In this document: in pieces, positions 61,701 to 64,000 of the stretch
How the letters are laid out: every line of letters begins with the position of its first letter
Position numbering within the stretch: the first letter of the stretch is position 1
NCBI GenBank assembly: GCA_963674695.2
Contig: CAXXGI010000002.1
Location: forward strand, 480,001 to 544,000
DNA length: 64,000 nucleotides
Direction of reading: 5' to 3'
Source: a bacterium
Lineage (GTDB): Bacteria; UBA10199; 2-02-FULL-44-16; JAAZCA01
The notes under the pieces: generated by a model
Databases searched by the model: none
What the model saw: only the letters and a program-made list of their open reading frames with translations
Told to the model about the DNA's origin: nothing
Program-made: the position numbers and the translations under genes

Positions 61701-64000
61701 AGGGGAAGCGGCATCCTGCGGCGAGCCCTTCGCGGCGTTTGCGGATGGCACCGCTTGCGGCGAAGGCGCTTACTGCCTGAATGGCGAATGCCGCGAGCGC
61801 TGCACGAGCGCTGCCGAGTGCGACGATGGCCTCTTCTGTAACGGAGCAGAAACATGCGGCGCCGACGGTTTCTGCGCAGCGGGTTCGCCGGCATGTGATG
61901 CGACGACCGAGCGCTGCGATGAGGTGAACGCGCGCTGCGTGAGCCTTGTGTGCGGAAACAACGAAGACTGTGCGGCGAACGAGGAATGCATCGAAGGTCT
62001 CTGCACGCCGCGCGAACTGTCGTGCGAAGGGAACGACGACTGCACGTCATTCAGCGGTCTCTGCGGTATCGGGTTCTGTTCGGAGAGTAATCTCTGCGGC
62101 AGCGATGTCTTCGCCGATGGCACTGCCTGCACGCGCGAGGATGGTCGGCCGGGCACTTGCTCCAGCGGCATCTGCACCATCGGGACGGACTGTGACGCAA
62201 CGAGCTGTCTGATCGACGATGCTTGTGTGGCCGAGAATACTCGCAATCCGGAGAACGACTGCGAGATCTGCACGCCGGATCAAAACGCATTTGGATGGAC
62301 GGTCGTGGACAGCTTCCAGGAATGTACCCTCGACGGTTCAACGGGCGAGTGTCGTGCGGGACAGTGTTTCATCCTGTGCCAGATCGATGAGGATTGCGGC
62401 GAGGGCGTGCTCTGTCGCGGTGGAGTCTGTATCACCGCCGGAACGGCCGAGGGGCAGTTTGTCCAATTCAGCGGCGATGCGAATGAGCACGCCTTCTGGG
62501 CGGGCGATCTGGATGAGGCCAGTGCGACCTACGGCGGCACGATCGTCGGCCCGTTTGCGCAGCGTGCATCTCAGTCGGTCACCACGCGCGTGGTCGACGC
62601 CGCCGGTTCCGGCGATGGCTTCGGGCAGCTCGTCGGCACGAAGTCGGCAGCGCGTGCGCTTCCCGAGACGGCTGCGAGCGCAGAGTTCGTCGTGCCGATC
62701 CAGCAGCTCTTCTCCGATGCACGCCCGGGCGGCGATCCTGAAAACCATGGCCGCACGCTCTACGCCTACATGATGCCGCGCGATGACGAGGGTCGCCCGA
62801 TCGTCGCTTCGCCGACGAATGTGAACTTTGCCCTGAGAAATGGTGATACGAGTATCTCCACGTTGACGAGCGGTACGGTGAGGAATGGCCCTGTTCGCTA
62901 TGCGAGCCAGGCCCTTGCCAACGATCTGCTCCAAAACCAGGAGGGGCAGCGCTCGCTTGTCGCACGTTATAACAGTGCGGATGTCGGTGGCGCGATGGAA
63001 TCGATCACGATCGTTGCCGATCAGGGGCATGCGCCGCTCGCGCCACAAACGATTCTGCTCGACCTGCCGCGCCGCGAACTCGCGCCAAACAAGACCTTCT
63101 GGATTGACGTGCGCGTGAACACCGATCCGGATCTGCTCAGCGGCATCACGCTCTTCGTCTTCGATATCGATTTCACGAATACGCCCTTTGCCTATGCGGG
63201 TGAGGTACAAAAGGGTGCAGATGGTCAGGCTTTTGGCGAACCGATCGTCACGACGGATGCCGATCGTATCAACGTGAAGCTGACACCGCCGTCGATCGTC
63301 GCGGGCGGCGCCGACCAGCTCTACGCGCGTGTGAAGGCGCGTGTGCGCGCGAACGCATCGACGCCGCAGACGGCGGGGATTTCCGGTGCGCTCGTGACCC
63401 TCAAGGATCAGTTGAGTGCTGGCTTCGAAGGGCGCGAGATTCCGGCGGTGGCTGCTAACGGTCACGGCGGGAATACGATGGCCGTCGTCGATTACAGTGC
63501 GATCGTCGGTTCCATCGGGTATCTCTCTCGCGAGTTGCTCATCGATCGCCAGTGGGTGGCCGAAGAAACAGCACAGACATCGACGGCGAATCGCATCGAT
63601 GTCTTCGCCAACGGTGGCAATACGATTTCGCAAGCAGCGGTGCCGATGCAGATCATCTCCGGCGGCGATGTCGTCGAGATCGACGGGAATGCGCTCTCCG
63701 TGAAGGCGAGTGCGGCCAAGGGGATGCACGATGTCGCGGTGAACGTCCTGCGCGACGGTGCGGTTGCGACGGCGAACCTCCCCGCGCGCGTCATGCGCTT
63801 CCCGACCGCCGCGCTCGAACTGTTGGGAGGACCGCGCAAGACGGACCGGCGTTTGGAATGGATCGAGAATAGCAATTTCTACCAGCGCACACAGATTCGC
63901 GTTGGCATGACCGTCGACGGTGTCGAATACGACTTCACCGACAGCATCGATTGTGCCGATATCGAACAGGTGCCGGAGAAACTCGCTCTCGATGCAAACT
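46747..64000 (+). CDS. Giant secreted surface protein, >5,750 aa, 3'-truncated by the window: TSP3 repeats, Cys-rich repeat blocks, Ig-like, cohesin-like and dockerin-like modules
   Basis: Read codon by codon in frame +1: no stop from 46726 to 64000. GGGAG RBS, then MQLSEHFRKSRAIRIIVSILTMAMVNLPIPRQIWA signal peptide (alternative GTG start 46741). Absent from the ORF track, presumably because there is no stop in the window. Confidence 0.93.
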   Translation, partial: MQLSEHFRKSRAIRIIVSILTMAMVNLPIPRQIWASQATPRTPLYAQHLNMPGTFSTQTTIEKTAEPQTIDGLSTVDTDIKKLGPISTVREIDATLVPTKTDDRYALVPIVKEISKGLFEADSDQCSVVIGKKIELLECKGFIVVDGSEGKGEVKLADPDHLRKMQEELGEQLVLRIDFTDPETGADLVVSARVETAAEELSEELTDGLGDGEGEGEGEGSGTLTQEIIDGAPPSEEPAATGEPTEGTEAVTDAISEGVGETTPEQTAENTDTEAPDDADVPVEPAETATTESGAESAETAPTSTERPEGETSTADAASESTREDTQAPPPAESTAAPIAQAASVPQTESAFDRVSRAFGEFFGTTPSSPTPALTPTAPIGSTSGTSASSALPSASTASSMQADVGPAASQAEVQAAPEPEGGTPVSPLPENVDVSGGTGATFGTQIDPVRDVPDLSACSCVVGAPDSDNDGVCDSCDNCVTVPNGDCMKDAARCDITGDGKANSYERTVGNQMDRDNDKVGDACDSDIDGDGLPNDILVLPQNLIGGANFKARIVRNNEIKVVAYDPINNDDHADEGFDSYFRVSASALGLDEFLSCSRGVIAWGRNDLPDSNIPDYVDIIDTSLDDSFNPNDSLPAGNWKSTHSGWREWYYKSNACRDNNPFVPNALDESVPVYEKAGDNSTDRLSHWKSASLPQFYYVKTGDACPEGDARSCRGGGDAGSKCIRGNCYNVWRIPDTEFAVYSKQNVPREIVDVPVEEDVEFKDFVSDIYYARYENMQRSYFSSVESCIEAKVEDLVPCSSDFNWSVPGCSNFDCLGEKFSAVDIGVTTSAELADRSLDCSSYPSMLRVCACGARQSFWYNCVGAVSHNIYSGQSSFGPDDACLDSRLLYWLWDFQSRNSSFEPSTCGEGGLESRLRTELNTKRALIREKWNECEAACTPDGEWAKTCEDAWCQDQRAKLKSDPSIREECEEELRENRLFALREWTAQALRTPFSISPYMAWAGWDRLGYYWVPFDWDLDGVWEVDVDVNGDGNVDAEDEVVWQRREVDFKLVVGSNHYIDICLGMKENPPDSPYSLQKWCPDIYEIERLKSSGAISCSIDKLGASDPFDRGCCNDLKSYMDENRDHRILRWIYIRYCAGMPRLEEGNTCASLPATIGCAAGKYVRPLPPEEINEGEPIRPLLSDYLRNIENAFDFQNPKNDIYVGPDPDGDDIQNASDVSAPRCRNSVSQSSSGVWPLAARYCSTNCNRENIAEKGPVFDGRGSDDISYDAMLPADRRHNFCTEFCPIPPSGESYDAWAREQQGSLLRAGGLCEDHSDCGDGARCVGEEGNKTCKNIFKETDLVDMECSRMPREGWPYRRCALQSNGGIILEDMNDGVCSSGRTQVDCYPLELDSTLCGERVTVKNLSTPFGMQLIHCYDPNRLPADCIVPDLTADFCRRNFERTMDLTYAQKFGCFDNCPDHYNPDQRDADGNGIGDACDSTQGGVVASQTCSESFPPYWVDLDGDGFGDICDNCPARKQDGQADADADGIGDACDNCDDERNPLQKDRDCNMVGDACDQYCSGPDDTCMGDRDLLRGTDFIRGYCKDSKHLYCVESACRRCAPHQVLAGSVCIDRNACNGDDATIECGDFGDEKMLWDGRACTPKAGFASEINAIMTDRGLQCRCPDADEVFTPGEDGQPGSCGTACTLAAADCTTREWSWQNDVPYTTFSACKVPGFDEDACACAMKDADNGTPCGERGWCVGGSCTNNPEDCDECDEPGGCVANGLVRCSDGSCVTSSDQCACGSDANCAANEECKNGLCQTRPCVIDANCLLGQICQEETNERGVQVSECQYRTCSEGEPCPEGSTCESGQCLPQECRRSSDCPTGLICSDRICTSPSTTCTIDADCFDNNECTADTCSDAGVCPYDAVTAGTSCEGDALCSEDLLSRLVYVCQDKTCRSTPNPCDGQQLCAPATGACSNACDLNAVEGEECAADERCIVESVEAADGSRTQQSLCVKVIDQPEEMAGFDLDFSMIGAQGTNAVYFDPEDKRYSESFVGVSGGEHEASATILATGLYGDGPIAQLVPADAPLEQLVSGWGLFRNDSHLFLSRSVVATPGEELMAYAWLRDDRGAGLSLPNVGFVVPGSDGVVSAQQVVFDEKPIAGLYRARVSIAASGSICASVAGAESDLCTTITVGGELPEAEVVGTSFARIGAFDRLTLIWPDWQQAPPEAKLTVYRIVRCALPEGGAMPSNDIEIDTDASLGENSITFQGLGDPQGSDGIFTFTPPVEQNCSFGPTYGDVTLPGFTDIQTVDFTIAIARLCKDQHVIVDERGEQINSLMIRPVHHDQDILDLTPFCSADENQDGEEEGWTGRRYCRYEGQTCDDVEALRRYRCSTPEDMIDIRYQMRRLRIMIYGSAGEPYDVTDQVTCTAADDAIVRFDPRWPCMALVRYRDGESESARADLMINFGGDEVTKSDFFTVNNPNDMDGIYVDRLDIRIGASVALEEDPEPLRAYTPIDAVASVTNFTETIHPDGVPVKLWVVPDAERSPDVAEWEVTPLIELGVVDVEAGRSYQDEIALLQSQELNIFRYENDPQRGPVIKVSPIGDMLYTGGAVAREFKTVQAPYNFKWGTGIISANLGTGKLIAFEAPEWEEGETDFGTEQMLGASRKVHLFYRPAEGAEDDETQVYLEFISPKASSARLFGKLKLTNLPPADWTITPSRVLPWAMITAGEHIGSLITEGTLEALGQTDFDLEMLLAGDEAAARAAILQAFPDKTNEEREAIQRDLKAYGQAMIDALDAMRILEEQGVDGDDSSPIFNISLKSWLVEPVMSEVDGVEVVETPGVPLNRDTFSRLFPESNGHCAPYFMPFLRDILLVMAPLFGTPLDARIAERLSRFEICVNPVNEDDQCNVEDGCAGDAECVEVEDGEGYCVEVCPAETFWNGWECESGEPTSCTEDEACIAVGLEYCEGGICRECPPGQYRQNGMCVTCEGVTPQPPECTDDRMCTLDAECSDDDICTNDTCGQSYPGYCDGSVQIPRCGNDCDDEHPCGNGLVCTGGQCIPTDIPCDASADCDDGNACTTDVCAEDGTCAYTETTCPEGESCNRVTGQCAVSCPVGEIYHEADHTCSHLVDGALVEFSATAGTGQWSGQTTSVGVGAYEGPIVGMTIPAALTIPGKSVSALSGGVIGSAAVTIPNVPANIRLLLSREEVFEEDRSLGRDAARRLKAYAFVTDANGQPVEGLTDVVFTKNGTPLQKTQGQDQRQGLYYQLIDGIDGASSIAVSAGSVAAAPQEVAFVSDPDVVSLPNDWDVLLDLPRRTLYRGQEFTIPVRVNTGDQFGVMAFNFPVAFDADAFEFVRVEKGSGGAYLMDLQQPTAQGGQVVVNGAKDPQKVATLGDDVELIRLVFRVQDDEATVVASPRLFTATANQLYSMQVIPGQGNPNHGNGKVMQVLDRTGISNAGVVVVEPEAYLGLAAYIEDNDWVDYRQVNQARVPPASVVWIKGVSTRTQAPTDLVANGVVSIASLTGEPENAGLAFAPEGAGLGISLAPNVHSSQSFAVRHGTSEIEVPISVTAISSSDLQFEPASRSITLGRLAEGIYEPIQIRAKAEKNGTTYDVTDVISCQATGPATVHDGCIIEPSAIGPISLVLAEDQSFALTVADSPVTIEGDLNVAIVGSLDVQKVNGTAVGDEPIEVAGGVARVTAEATNIFGAKVASPVRVTANFSSGRTVDVTPIVAGSLELRGQGEAVPSLAPVSGEPGMFEVVAPGISFIDARFGDAMGTGVAVVDLGEASFEVTPMAAASHGCSPADAEDRSCKLTPADDWARPIRDYGATIDFTAQLTYEADPEHPFDVTQGAAFEVEAIDGNHIVVEAVAGVNGRFAVSAGAAHGASLVTASYAGMTSSWIVLVTGIDEFRIDLFEDFDPLTTDDPRFVAFTGDPVADADFQLIQDIDYQRGRAKVMGRWTDGSWMNLTREPGAVNLVSLTSEVVGIPIAWTTAAEYVLVHPQADGSGDLVVSVPTAPDAPTVRKAVSAGGTIAVNAIAILPGGGANREPIDAFDGTISAIKDASADLRVGIRMADDTRFLAAKDGAQTVTGETQSLLSFARSDIPFANDSDDRSMAVDVTEGAGDPNGVVVRANGAANITVSAIGNATTGETPYAINLLPAIGDVDLGVDIVNGIDIGRFIPVLASGGRKTVEVFVNTGAAQLKGYDFEFFYDARVFSIEEIRPNITGVFTGNRLEPEGATGDESGHLLINGIADPAVGPGRVKIAEFDIRAVKSDVKITHVTGFVNALSDVSGAPIGTAGRHAIVAGDGYVDPVNVPRGNLAPEDDSFDINDIIMVAEFDQGARPFDDEQQAAADYSHSGLPIDSLDVAKGSELLALLNHFVDLEATVNEDGTARLSFAIINRYGQFVADAQYVRLRLIVGGEGTFEIVQPAEDDGTYLAVVDGDRYVLNIRNAEPGARAQIDAMLEVVDTNDPDRVTINAINFGVVQFTNTPGCDVDSDCPQEPEIMVCIDGSCEEPIPCENDDECNGAGYDFCDEIEGVCRSCPEGEFFDGEACVPGTGCDTDLDCPDDQVCYEDACVVPVECSSAETVNAPCTDDNPCTENDKCQADNSCVGTPVTCQAENGCQVAANDGACDETFGCTYVSDCPDENQICTPAGQCEEPQACVVGESGQTCQPDPEDICMVGECLDDGTCGEASAMHDGTECGENALCQGGECRERCTIDVECDDGLFCNGTESCADGLCAAGTPVACNGDQICNEITDACEEPIDCTGDDGCQPEEDAVCYAGSCVEMTGEPLSGHCQFDAVSDGTECMTATIAAGQCLAGNCRPVCQTQGDCPDESDHCLEGVCDACPEGTTWYQTGADTGECRVIVDGCTADTIGAACDDTKICTVNDVCQADGITCAGTAFSCDDGLGCTTNNTCDPTLGCTYVSLCDADELCLATGTAPNGQCVPTVLDCNGQAIGSTCAIEDDRCRVGACVVEGEAASCGEPFAAFADGTACGEGAYCLNGECRERCTSAAECDDGLFCNGAETCGADGFCAAGSPACDATTERCDEVNARCVSLVCGNNEDCAANEECIEGLCTPRELSCEGNDDCTSFSGLCGIGFCSESNLCGSDVFADGTACTREDGRPGTCSSGICTIGTDCDATSCLIDDACVAENTRNPENDCEICTPDQNAFGWTVVDSFQECTLDGSTGECRAGQCFILCQIDEDCGEGVLCRGGVCITAGTAEGQFVQFSGDANEHAFWAGDLDEASATYGGTIVGPFAQRASQSVTTRVVDAAGSGDGFGQLVGTKSAARALPETAASAEFVVPIQQLFSDARPGGDPENHGRTLYAYMMPRDDEGRPIVASPTNVNFALRNGDTSISTLTSGTVRNGPVRYASQALANDLLQNQEGQRSLVARYNSADVGGAMESITIVADQGHAPLAPQTILLDLPRRELAPNKTFWIDVRVNTDPDLLSGITLFVFDIDFTNTPFAYAGEVQKGADGQAFGEPIVTTDADRINVKLTPPSIVAGGADQLYARVKARVRANASTPQTAGISGALVTLKDQLSAGFEGREIPAVAANGHGGNTMAVVDYSAIVGSIGYLSRELLIDRQWVAEETAQTSTANRIDVFANGGNTISQAAVPMQIISGGDVVEIDGNALSVKASAAKGMHDVAVNVLRDGAVATANLPARVMRFPTAALELLGGPRKTDRRLEWIENSNFYQRTQIRVGMTVDGVEYDFTDSIDCADIEQVPEKLALDAN

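Noticed and set aside
46678-63875. Dozens of short ORFs in the track across the last 17 kb
   Set aside because: They are shadow frames of the single giant frame +1 gene and have no coherent motifs of their own.

Overview
High-GC bacterial chromosomal window, deltaproteobacteria-like (inferred from gene content only). It holds housekeeping genes (PBP1B plus TPR lipoprotein, tRNA-Ser, OPT transporter, PolX, ADP-forming acyl-CoA ligase, CoA-transferase-GNAT fusion, nth, ferredoxin, RluA, asnS, galU, tmRNA-smpB, deoxynucleoside kinase-panB-panC) and a riboswitch-controlled cobalamin uptake operon with two extra surface lipoproteins. Orphan secreted or repeat proteins and dispersed palindromic elements lie between them. 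The dominant feature is missing from the ORF track: one uninterrupted + strand ORF from 46747 past the window end (>5,750 codons). It encodes a giant secreted protein with thrombospondin-3 repeats, dense Cys-rich blocks and repeated Ig/cohesin modules, including a cohesin directly followed by a dockerin-like motif. This gene and three other surface-protein genes each have a sigma-54-type promoter. All domain calls are by-eye motif recognition, not database searches.
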